Part shown: positions 27,938-36,894 of the stretch, piece after piece
How positions within the stretch are numbered: the stretch's first letter is position 1
Layout: the number at the start of each line of letters is the position of its first letter
DNA from: Candidatus Bathyarchaeota archaeon
Lineage (GTDB): Archaea; Thermoproteota; Bathyarchaeia; Hecatellales; Hecatellaceae
DNA: 64,000 nt
Reading direction: 5' to 3'
NCBI GenBank assembly: GCA_052246995.1
Contig: JBQPWD010000001.1
Span: 245,574 to 309,573 of the forward strand
The notes under the pieces: generated by a model
Databases searched by the model: none
The model's input: only the letters and a program-made list of their open reading frames with translations
Told to the model about the DNA's origin: nothing
Position numbers and translations under genes: made by a program

Positions 27938-29668
27938 GTGACTAGGATGTCGAAGGTTGTTGAAGTTTCAAAGTTAACAAAAATATTCAAGCTTGATGCA
28001 GGGTATTCTATAAAGGCTCTAGATAGTGTAGACATGTATGTGGCAAGGGGAGAAGTGCTTGGCATTGTCGGTAAAAGTGGCTCAGGAAAAACAACCCTTC
28101 TTAGAATAATTCGTGGTGTTGAAACTTTTGATGAGGGGATAGTAAAAGTTGACGATGTAACTTTAACACCAAACTCAACAAAAGAAGACTTTTACAAAGT
28201 CAACCTAAAAACAGCAATACATCTACAAAGGTCTTTCGGTTTATGGCCAGATACGGTTCTAAAAAACGTGATATATGCTTTATATTATGCAAAGCATGGT
28301 ATAGAAGATTTACCTCCTGAAGGTTCTTACGAGTTTAAGGAACTTTCTGAACAAGCCTTAGAAATACTTAGGATGGTTGAACTTGATCATAGAGCCAACT
28401 TATGGGCTGAAGTGTTAAGTGGTGGAGAGAAACAAAGGTTAATTTTAGCTAGACAAATAGCTAGAAAGCCAGCCGTAGTTCTGCTCGATGAACCTGCAAC
28501 AATGACCTGCCTAAAAACTAGAGAGGGTGTGCTTAAAGCCATTAAAATGGTTAATGAAAGTTTAGGCATAGCTTTCATAGTGGCTTCTCATATGCCTGAA
28601 GTTCATGAGAAAGTTTCTCAGAGACTTGTTATGCTAAATAACGGGAAGGTGGAAGACGAGGGTGATGTAGATAAAATTTTGAAGAAGTTTACATCGCTCA
28701 TTCCCTCTCAAGAAAAAAAGAGGAAAATAATAGGAAAACAGCATGTTATATACTTAAAAAATGTTACAAAAAAATTTACTCTAATTCCCTATGGAGAAGT
28801 ATTTACGCTAAAAAAGTTAACATTTAACATACATAAGAGTGAGGTAGTAGGTATCATAGGACCATCAGGCTCAGGAAAAACTGTTTTATTAAGACTTATG
28901 TCTGGTTTAATGGTTCCTGACGAAGGTGGAGTGTTTATAAAAACTGGTAGAAAGTGGGTTGACATCACAAAGCTTGGTAAGGAAAGTATGAAAGCACGGC
29001 AAAAACTGGGAATCTTACATCAGGAGTTTAGCCTTCCATACTGGACTAAAATCTCAGACTTTTTAGCCTCCAAACTTGGCTTAAAAAGCTGGGAAAGTTT
29101 AAGTAGGATTTTAAAACGCGCAAGCAAGCTTGGTGTTAGCGATAAAACCGTTGACCTTATCAGCAGAATAGCTGAACTACCGGAAAATGAGATGAAGGAA
29201 AAACTTGAAAGTTTAGGATTAAGCCCAAACGTTATCCAAGAAATTTTTAAAGCTATGCCAATAAACATCCTTAAAAAAAGAATTAAACGAATTCTTGAAG
29301 AGCTTGAACTTCCAAAGGATGTACTTTCAAGAAGAGCATACGAACTTTCAGCTGGTGAACAGATACGTGTTGCAATAGCATCTTTGCTTATCTCAAAACC
29401 TAAACTCATCCTACTGGATGAACCTTTTGGCGACTTAGACCCAATAACAATGAGAAAAGTCTCAAATCTCATCAAAAGAGTTAACAAAAAACTTGGAGTC
29501 ACTGTTGCTCTTGTGGACCACCAGCTAGGACCTGTTGAGGAAACAGTAAATAGAGTAGCTTTAATTAAAGACGGGGTACTTGTATTCGATGGAGAACCTG
29601 AAAATTTAGTAGAAAAGTTTAATTCTCTTTTACAAGACCAAGATTTTGAGCTTTCTAAACCAGCTTAA
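27938..29668 (+). CDS. AtwA/component A2-like dual ABC ATPase lacking the zinc-binding insert
   Basis: Two NBDs (GKSGSGKT and GPSGSGKT); AIHLQRSFGLW; DEPATM; ILHQEF; DEPFGDLDPIT. Confidence 0.85.
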   Translation: MTRMSKVVEVSKLTKIFKLDAGYSIKALDSVDMYVARGEVLGIVGKSGSGKTTLLRIIRGVETFDEGIVKVDDVTLTPNSTKEDFYKVNLKTAIHLQRSFGLWPDTVLKNVIYALYYAKHGIEDLPPEGSYEFKELSEQALEILRMVELDHRANLWAEVLSGGEKQRLILARQIARKPAVVLLDEPATMTCLKTREGVLKAIKMVNESLGIAFIVASHMPEVHEKVSQRLVMLNNGKVEDEGDVDKILKKFTSLIPSQEKKRKIIGKQHVIYLKNVTKKFTLIPYGEVFTLKKLTFNIHKSEVVGIIGPSGSGKTVLLRLMSGLMVPDEGGVFIKTGRKWVDITKLGKESMKARQKLGILHQEFSLPYWTKISDFLASKLGLKSWESLSRILKRASKLGVSDKTVDLISRIAELPENEMKEKLESLGLSPNVIQEIFKAMPINILKKRIKRILEELELPKDVLSRRAYELSAGEQIRVAIASLLISKPKLILLDEPFGDLDPITMRKVSNLIKRVNKKLGVTVALVDHQLGPVEETVNRVALIKDGVLVFDGEPENLVEKFNSLLQDQDFELSKPA

Positions 29669-29758
29669 CATATTTGTTGGTTTTGGTAAAAGATATAAAT
29701 GTAGAGTTATTATTTAGGTTCGGAATGGCTTTACAACGGTTGTGCGAGGAATAAAGAG

Positions 29759-31360
29759 TTGTCTTCTTATGTTGTAAAAGTTGAAAACGTTTCGAAGAGT
29801 TTTGGGGGTAGAGTTGTTTTAAAAAACATTAACTTCTCGTTAAGAGAGGGTGAGGTCTTAGGTATTCTAGGTAAGAGTGGTGCTGGAAAATCTGTTTTAA
29901 TGCATATGTTAAGGGGTATGGAGGGTTATGACCCAACTCAAGGTAAAGTTATTTATAACATATCTTTATGTTCAAAATGCCTCTGGGTTGACCTACCCAG
30001 CAATGCAAGTTCTCAATGTCCACTTTGTGGGTCTGAGTTGATTTTTAAATCGATTGACTTTTGGCACGAATCTGAAGAGTTAAGGGAAGCAATTAAGAAA
30101 AGAATAGGAATAATGTTTCAAAGAACATTTGCATTATATGGCTACCTTTCTCCAATTGAAAACATCATGGAGGCCTTGAGAAGAGCGAGATATCCTGAAA
30201 AGGATGTTTTAAAAAAAGCTTTAGAGTACGCTGAGAAAGTTAAATTGCTACATAGGTTAAGGCATCCTGCTGAAATTCTTAGTGGCGGAGAAAAACAAAG
30301 GGTTATTTTGGCAAGACAGCTTGCAATAAACCCTATAGTTTTACTGGCTGACGAACCTACTGGAACATTAGACCCTGCAACAACAAAAATTATTTGTGAA
30401 CTGCTAGTTTCTGAGGTAAAAAAGAAAAACAAGACCATGATTGTAGCTTCTCACCTCCCAGAAGTAGTTAAAATGCTTAGTGATAGAGTTGTCTGGCTTG
30501 ACAAGGGAAAGGTTATGGCAAACGGCCCAACCGAGCATGTTATGGCAGAGTTTTTAGGCACAATTCCCCAACCAGCATTTGAAACCAGGACTTTTGATGA
30601 GAAAATCCTTAGGGTAATTTCCGTCAAAAAATACTATTATTCAGTGGATAGGGGGCTGGTTAAAGCCCTTGATGGTGTATCCTTTGATGTAAAAAGGCAG
30701 GAAATTTTTGGCATTATAGGTCCAAGCGGAGCGGGTAAAACAACCTTAACAAGGATTTTAACAGGATACTTAGAACCATCAGAAGGTGATGTAAAAGTTA
30801 AGGTTGGAGATAAGTACGTTTCCGTCAAAAAGCTTTACACCGTTGGAGTGGTAAGGTCAGACTACATAGGCCTTCTCCACCAAGAGTATTCACTATATCC
30901 CTATAGAACCGTGTATGAAAACCTAACAGATGCTATAGGATTAGAACTCCCAGCAGAACTTGGACTTATGAAAGCTACCTACGTGTTAAAAGGTTTAGGG
31001 TTTGATGATGATGAAGTTAAGGAAGTGCTAAAAAAGTATCCTGATGAGCTAAGTGAAGGAGAACGTCATAGGGTTATGTTGTCTCAAGTGTTAATCAGGG
31101 AACCTAGAATAATTATACTTGATGAACCATCTGGAACAATGGATCCTCTTACAAAGATTGAGGTTGCACGTTCAATTAGAAATGCAAGAAATGAGCTAGA
31201 GGAAACATTTATAATAGTGTCTCATGACATGGATTTTGCCAGTTTGGTTTGTGATAGTGGCATATTTATTCAAGATGGAAAAATAGTGAAAACTTGTGAA
31301 AAAAGCTTTAAAGACTTTATTCACCAGTTGCAGGAATATTCTTTGGATGCTATCTCATGA
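29759..31360 (+). CDS. atwA: Methyl-coenzyme M reductase system component A2
   Basis: [23 protein letters not shown]...CPLC zinc insert, [31 protein letters not shown]. Confidence 0.93.
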   Translation: MSSYVVKVENVSKSFGGRVVLKNINFSLREGEVLGILGKSGAGKSVLMHMLRGMEGYDPTQGKVIYNISLCSKCLWVDLPSNASSQCPLCGSELIFKSIDFWHESEELREAIKKRIGIMFQRTFALYGYLSPIENIMEALRRARYPEKDVLKKALEYAEKVKLLHRLRHPAEILSGGEKQRVILARQLAINPIVLLADEPTGTLDPATTKIICELLVSEVKKKNKTMIVASHLPEVVKMLSDRVVWLDKGKVMANGPTEHVMAEFLGTIPQPAFETRTFDEKILRVISVKKYYYSVDRGLVKALDGVSFDVKRQEIFGIIGPSGAGKTTLTRILTGYLEPSEGDVKVKVGDKYVSVKKLYTVGVVRSDYIGLLHQEYSLYPYRTVYENLTDAIGLELPAELGLMKATYVLKGLGFDDDEVKEVLKKYPDELSEGERHRVMLSQVLIREPRIIILDEPSGTMDPLTKIEVARSIRNARNELEETFIIVSHDMDFASLVCDSGIFIQDGKIVKTCEKSFKDFIHQLQEYSLDAIS

Positions 31361-32559
31361 GAAAACTTAGGTTAAAACCAACACCTAAAAGATACACATA
31401 TGATGCCTTCAGAACAATACCGCCAAAAGAAACCTTAGCTATTGTACGTCCCAAATCTCGATTAGCAGGCATAGTAAATGTTGAAGAGATAACAAATAAA
31501 GATAGATTAAACTTACCAATTTTTATGTGTAGGCATCAAGGTGGAAAATGTTACACTGGCAAAGGTTTCACGAAATATCAAGCTGAAGCCTCAGCTTTAA
31601 TGGAAGCTATTGAAAGGACTTCAGCCGAACCGAGAAACATTAAAAAGCTTATTTTTAAAAGCTTTGACGAAATGGATAATGCGTTGGACCCGTCTAAGCT
31701 TATCCTACCAGTAAAATCCTCCTACGCTCAAAAGGTAAAGCTTAGATGGGTTGAGGGTTTAAACCTGTCCTCAAACACGCCAATTTACGTTCCAGCATGC
31801 TCAGTTTATTTCACGTACAATCCGGGAGACGAAACGCTAATACTTAAACCTAATACTAACGGTCTTGCATCAGGAAACACGTATGAAGAAGCTATCCTCC
31901 ACGGGTTAATGGAGGTTATTGAAAGAGATGCATGGAGCATTGTTGAGTTTAAAAAAACAAGGGCGCCCACCATCAATGTGGAAAGTGTTAAAAATAAGGT
32001 TGTGGAAGAAATTTTAAGATGTTTCAAAAGAGCAAACGTGAAAGTAGTTTTAAAGGATATAACGTCTGACATAGGCGTTCCAACAGTTGCTGCTGTATCA
32101 GAAGACCCTTTATTAAAAGACCCTGGTCTGCTGATTATAGGTTTTGGCACCCATTTAAATCCTGAGTATGCAATTGTGAGAGCTTTACTTGAAGTTGCCC
32201 AAAACAGAATAATTCATATTTGTGGTTTAAGGAGGGATGCTGTTATACGCGCCGACTTTATAAAGTATGCAGACTATGAGCGGATTAAACGTATTAACAG
32301 ACATTGGTTTGATGAGACAGAAAAAGTTGTGGATGTTAATGATATGCCGCTACTAGACACTGCAGACATTTTAGAAGACATACATGTCACATTAAAACTT
32401 TTAAGTGCAAAAAATCTTGAAGATGTAATTGTTGTAGATTTAACAGATAAAAGAATTCGTATACCTGTTGTAAGAGTTATTGTTCCTGGACTAGAAAATT
32501 ATGTAATAGAACCTGAAAGAGTGGGGGAAAGAGTAGTTAAAGGTGGTTTAAAGGGTTAA
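31357..32559 (+). CDS. ycaO: YcaO-family McrA-glycine thioamidation protein (marker 1)
   Basis: DRL, GKG, SALMEAIER, TNGLASGNT.EEAILHGLMEVIERDA, GFGTHL, EVAQ.R, VVRVIVPGLE. Confidence 0.92.
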   Translation: MRKLRLKPTPKRYTYDAFRTIPPKETLAIVRPKSRLAGIVNVEEITNKDRLNLPIFMCRHQGGKCYTGKGFTKYQAEASALMEAIERTSAEPRNIKKLIFKSFDEMDNALDPSKLILPVKSSYAQKVKLRWVEGLNLSSNTPIYVPACSVYFTYNPGDETLILKPNTNGLASGNTYEEAILHGLMEVIERDAWSIVEFKKTRAPTINVESVKNKVVEEILRCFKRANVKVVLKDITSDIGVPTVAAVSEDPLLKDPGLLIIGFGTHLNPEYAIVRALLEVAQNRIIHICGLRRDAVIRADFIKYADYERIKRINRHWFDETEKVVDVNDMPLLDTADILEDIHVTLKLLSAKNLEDVIVVDLTDKRIRIPVVRVIVPGLENYVIEPERVGERVVKGGLKG

Positions 32560-32695
32560 AGTTTTTAACGGTTTTAAAAGTTTCGAAAAAATATTTCAAA
32601 GAATAGAAACCATTAAAAGTTTAGCTTTAGAAGTAGAGCAATCAAAACTTGAAGGTTACATTAAAAAAAGATTTAAAAAGTTTAGTACTGTAGCC

Positions 32696-33154
32696 TTGAG
32701 TATTGCTGAAGCAACAAGATCAGCACGTATCTTAGATTTGAACAGTCGGCTGAAGCTTGAATACGAAATCGTTAAAAAGTACAATCCGCCAGTAAGACCT
32801 GCATTAGACCCAGAATTTGCGTTAACAATCCAGCTATATTCCCTTAACCCTTATGATGTGGGTAGCTTTTTAGGATACCCCTATTGTTGCGTAAAAAGTT
32901 TTGTAGAAGAATGTAGACAATTTTTTGATAAAAAGCATTTTGAAGAGCTTAAACATCTTAAACGTAAACAAGTTAGCGTTATATTAACAGCCGGGTTTGT
33001 GCCATGTAGCCTAAATTGTATTAATGCTATGAACGCGGCTTTAATAAGTCATTTAACGGACACCTCGTTGATTAAGAAGATGGATGAAGAGCTTAAGGTG
33101 TATTTACCCCATCATCATCCAGCCTATCAAAGTTTTTTTGAAGAACTAGCTTAA
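32696..33154 (+). CDS. DUF483 family protein (true start probably further upstream)
   Basis: YNPPVRPALDP, GSFLGYPYCCV.SF, FVPCSLNC; frame open without stops back to 32552. Confidence 0.75.
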   Translation: MSIAEATRSARILDLNSRLKLEYEIVKKYNPPVRPALDPEFALTIQLYSLNPYDVGSFLGYPYCCVKSFVEECRQFFDKKHFEELKHLKRKQVSVILTAGFVPCSLNCINAMNAALISHLTDTSLIKKMDEELKVYLPHHHPAYQSFFEELA

Positions 33155-33371
33155 AAGTAACTCGTTTACCACAAACAACTAATAACACCATTAAAAGTAC
33201 ATTTATCCAGAAAATCTAGGATAAGAGGTAGCATACCACACCTTACAAGTTTTTATCATTCTCATCTAAAAACTATAAACCGCAAACAAAAAATTTAAAT
33301 TAAGTCTCAAAGCTTAAACAATAATCAAAACTAGAAGTAGCTTCTGTGAGGCATTAAAAAGGTCGAGAATT

Positions 33372-33908
33372 TTGAGGCTGTTACATAAAGTTCTCAAGGC
33401 TGGATTTTGTGAAGAAGTAATTAATAGAGGGTCAAACTTTTTCTCAAAGGAAAATATTCAAACTCTTAGGGCTTGCATGCAGTGTGGAACATGCGTAGGA
33501 GGTTGCCCATCTGGCAGACGAACAGCATGGCGTATTAGAGAAATATTTGGAAAGGTTTTAGCCGGATTTGAAGATGAAGCCTTAAAAGACGAAAATTTAT
33601 GGCAGTGCACAACCTGTTATACTTGTCAAGAACGTTGTCCAAGAAAAGTTATGACCACAGATATTGTAAGGGTTTTAAGAAATATTGCTGTGGAGAAGGG
33701 CTACATGAATAAAAACCATCTCAGGGTTTGTGAACTTCTTTTTAAACATGGACATGCTGTTCCAATAGATGAAAAAACAAAAGAAGTAAGAAAAAAGCTA
33801 GGCTTAGATGAAACTCCTCCAACGGTTCATAAATATCCTGAAGCTTTAAATGAAGTTATACTTCTTGTTAACGAAACAGGATTTAAACTGAAGGTTAAGA
33901 GGGATTAA
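33372..33908 (+). CDS. hdrC: Heterodisulfide reductase subunit C
   Basis: CMQCGTCVGGCPSGRRT and CTTCYTCQERCPR; GHAVPI. Confidence 0.95.
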   Translation: MRLLHKVLKAGFCEEVINRGSNFFSKENIQTLRACMQCGTCVGGCPSGRRTAWRIREIFGKVLAGFEDEALKDENLWQCTTCYTCQERCPRKVMTTDIVRVLRNIAVEKGYMNKNHLRVCELLFKHGHAVPIDEKTKEVRKKLGLDETPPTVHKYPEALNEVILLVNETGFKLKVKRD

Positions 33909-33909
33909 A

Positions 33910-34791
33910 ATGAAAGCTTACGCGTATTTTCTTGGATGTATAACTCCAAACAGGTATCCTGGAATAGAGTATTCAGCAATAGAGGTTCTTAAAAATTTTG
34001 AAGTTGAATTAAAACCTATGCATGGCACCTCCTGCTGTCCAGCTCCAGGTGTTTTTGGGTCTTTTGATTTATGGAATTGGCTTGTTTTAGCCGCTAGAAA
34101 TATAAGTATAGCTGAAGATATGGGACTAGATATAGCGGTTACGTGTAACGGTTGTTATGGAACGCTTCAAGAAGCAAACCATATACTTCAGCATAATTCT
34201 GAGCTAAAAGGGAAAGTTAACAATCTTCTCGGGAAGGTGAACAAAGTTTACAGGGGAACTGTTAAGGTTATTCATGTTATAGAAATTCTGTATAAAGTTA
34301 TTGGGTTAAAAGCAATAGAAAGTAGGGTTGTAAAACCTTTAAAAAATGTTAAAGTTGCAGTCCACTATGGATGCCACTTCCTTAAACCAAGCGAGATGAG
34401 AGGTCAAGGTTCCCCTGAAAAACCAACAATGCTTGATGAGCTTGTGGAAGCTTTAGGTGCTCAGAGCGTGGATTATAAAGATAAGCTCATGTGTTGTGGT
34501 GCTGGTGGTGGTGTCCGGGCGGGGAATATTGAAACAGCTTTGGATATGACTAAAGATAAGATTAAAGCTATGCTTGATGCTGGTGCTGACTGTGTTGTAA
34601 CACCATGTGCTTTCTGCCACCTACAATTTGATAGAGGCCAGGTAGAGTTGGCAGCCAAAATAAAACGTGAATACGGTTTACCTGTTGTTTTCATAACTCA
34701 GCTTGTAGGTTTAGCTTTGGGTATAACTCCTGAAAAACTGGGCTTGCTGGATAATGCAATTAGTGTGGAGAAACTTTTAAAGAAACTATAA
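33910..34791 (+). CDS. hdrB: Heterodisulfide reductase subunit B
   Basis: FLGCI.PNRYPGIE, SCCPAPG, CNGC, HYGCH, CCGAGGG, CAFCHLQFD. Confidence 0.96.
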   Translation: MKAYAYFLGCITPNRYPGIEYSAIEVLKNFEVELKPMHGTSCCPAPGVFGSFDLWNWLVLAARNISIAEDMGLDIAVTCNGCYGTLQEANHILQHNSELKGKVNNLLGKVNKVYRGTVKVIHVIEILYKVIGLKAIESRVVKPLKNVKVAVHYGCHFLKPSEMRGQGSPEKPTMLDELVEALGAQSVDYKDKLMCCGAGGGVRAGNIETALDMTKDKIKAMLDAGADCVVTPCAFCHLQFDRGQVELAAKIKREYGLPVVFITQLVGLALGITPEKLGLLDNAISVEKLLKKL

Positions 34792-34847
34792 AAAGCCCTC
34801 ACATAAAACATGAAAACTTCCTTAGAAAGTAACAAAAACAAGCAGTT

Positions 34848-35156
34848 TTATGGAAGCGAATTTCGTACTTCGTAAAGAAGCCATCTTTTAATGGATGGAG
34901 TGTTTTCCGAAGCTTGTGGTAGAAGTTTACAAGGGTAATTTTTACACTCATAACAAAACTTTAGACCATTTTTCTTTACACAACATAAGTATATTTCACA
35001 GTTAACTTTTATGCCATTTTTAGTTCTACAACCAAAACATTTATCTTCACCTATAACTCCCAACCATTCCAAGTCGCCTTTAATTCTAGTGTTTTTAACG
35101 GTTGATAGGTAAACCGGACATAACGTGCAATTTAAACCGCAAGGGGCAACATCCAA
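34848..35156 (-). CDS. DUF3795 family Cys-rich protein
   Basis: APCGLNCTLCP...CFGC...C.IY.CC.....FCYEC..YPC. Confidence 0.85.
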   Translation of the reverse strand: MDVAPCGLNCTLCPVYLSTVKNTRIKGDLEWLGVIGEDKCFGCRTKNGIKVNCEIYLCCVKKNGLKFCYECKNYPCKLLPQASENTPSIKRWLLYEVRNSLP

Positions 35157-35258
35157 TGTGCATCCCCCGTTTTAGCTTAATCATGCCAGTATTTAAATTA
35201 AAACTGGATAGTTAAAATGATTACTATGTCAAGTTTCTCTCATTATTGTTTAAAAAGC

Positions 35259-35672
35259 TTAAATTAACCTTTTTCCTGCTTCAGGTCCAGGTTTAACAGT
35301 GTAAACTTCCTCAACCTTTATTAGCACACCTGCTTTAGTTTTTAATTTAGGCATTTTAGATTTAACCCACATCACAACATCCTCATACTCCTTCCCAGAG
35401 GTGAATATCTTTGCAGAACCCTTAACTTGGTAACCATCTCTTGTTTCAGGATCCCAGAATGTTACTGACACATGAGGATTTTCCTCCAAATTTTTTCTTG
35501 TTTTTTGGAAGAAGTTATCCGCTACAAGCAAATGCTCATCATCATAAAGCTTTACGAATATTATTGGCACCGCGTTAGGTATTCCTGTCTTACTTGACGT
35601 TGCAATGGTTACACAAGCCTTCCCAATAGCCTTCTCCAAGACTGCTTTAACTTCATTAGGAAGCTTAACCAT
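35259..35672 (-). CDS. Pyridoxamine 5'-phosphate oxidase-family FMN-binding protein
   Basis: ATSS..GIPNAVP, ADNFF.KT..NL.ENP, GYQVKG, PGP.AG. Confidence 0.88.
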   Translation of the reverse strand: MVKLPNEVKAVLEKAIGKACVTIATSSKTGIPNAVPIIFVKLYDDEHLLVADNFFQKTRKNLEENPHVSVTFWDPETRDGYQVKGSAKIFTSGKEYEDVVMWVKSKMPKLKTKAGVLIKVEEVYTVKPGPEAGKRLI

Positions 35673-36070
35673 GGTAGCATCACTTCAAAATTAACAGATA
35701 ACTGCTTACAATTTTATTGTAAACCTGAACGTTTATAATAAAGTTTTCCAAACTTGTTGGCTCTCTTCAAAAGTTTTACGTCATAGTTAGCAGTTTCAGG
35801 ATGGATAGGTGGTACAAATTTAAACGGACATTAAATTTTGTGGTTGTCTCAAGAACGTGTAATAAATGTAGGAGCTTGGATTTTCCCAGAAAAAGGATAG
35901 AAAGGGCAAACGCTTACGTGTATATGCAAAGGAAAATTCATGAACAACTTACATTAGCCGCCTAAAAATTGTGGCAGAATGTTACCGTAAATCTTAATAA
36001 AACCCTAGCGACATAATTTGGATAAAGAACAAAAACCATGTAAAAAATACGTTAAAAACTCAATATTTAA

Positions 36071-36157
36071 GGGCCGGTCGTCTAGATGGTTAGGATCTCC
36101 GCCTGACAAATTTTCAGGAAGCGCGGAGGGTCGCAGGTTCGAGCCCTGCCCGGCCCA
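36071..36157 (+). tRNA. tRNA-Val(GAC) with a 13-nt anticodon-loop intron
   Basis: Acceptor stem GGGCCGG/CCGGCCC; anticodon stem TCCGC/GCGGA; GAC at 36105-36107; T arm GCAGG-TTCGAGC-CCTGC; intron about 36108/9-36120/1 pairing CCTGA with TCAGG. Confidence 0.92.
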
Positions 36158-36513
36158 CCTAAACTTTTTACGTTAAATTCCTAAAGTTATAAAGAAAAGC
36201 TACTTGGAAGAAAATCTAACAAGATGATAAGCTAGAGCTTTATGAGAAGGAGCTGAAAAACTAGAAGAAAGAAAATAAACCAGAATGCAAAAAATGAAGG
36301 GTATTTCACCAACGAATAGTGTTACAAACACTTTATCATTGAAAATTGATAACGGTTAGGAAGTTTTAAGTTTCTTCTTCAAAGAACATCACGTGTAGAA
36401 TAAATTCACTTCTTGCTAAACTGCTAAACTATTTTTGGAAAATTTTAAAGCAAAGATTTTGTTATATCTTTTTTTTAGCGTGAATTTTAGGCGTTGGTGG
36501 AGGTGAGAGTAAG

Positions 36514-36894
36514 ATAGGCTACATAGGTAGACATTTAATCGTTGAATTTTTTAATTGTGATTTTGACATTATTAACGATGAAAAATTTTTAGAAAGTGTT
36601 TTGGTCAGAGGTTTAAGCGAAGCTGGAGGAAGAATAATATGGAAGTTTTTTTACAAATTTCGCCCTCATGGAGTTACGGGGGTTATCTTAATTGCTGAAT
36701 CTCACTTATCACTTCATACATGGCCTGAAAAAGGCTATGTTGCAATTGATATTTTTACTTGCGGATCTAGGATGGATCCGTGGAAAGCCTATAAAAGAAT
36801 TGTTGAGGAAATTAAGCCTAAAAGGGTTAGAGTTTTAGAGCTGAAGAGAGGGGTTCTTCATAAACCAAAAATTGTTGAGGAGAGTCTTGGTTGA
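36514..36894 (+). CDS. speD: S-adenosylmethionine decarboxylase proenzyme (start extended to ATA 36514)
   Basis: In-frame GRHLIVE lies upstream of the ORF-track start; GVTGVILIAESHLSLHTWPE, DIFTCG. Confidence 0.92.
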   Translation: MGYIGRHLIVEFFNCDFDIINDEKFLESVLVRGLSEAGGRIIWKFFYKFRPHGVTGVILIAESHLSLHTWPEKGYVAIDIFTCGSRMDPWKAYKRIVEEIKPKRVRVLELKRGVLHKPKIVEESLG

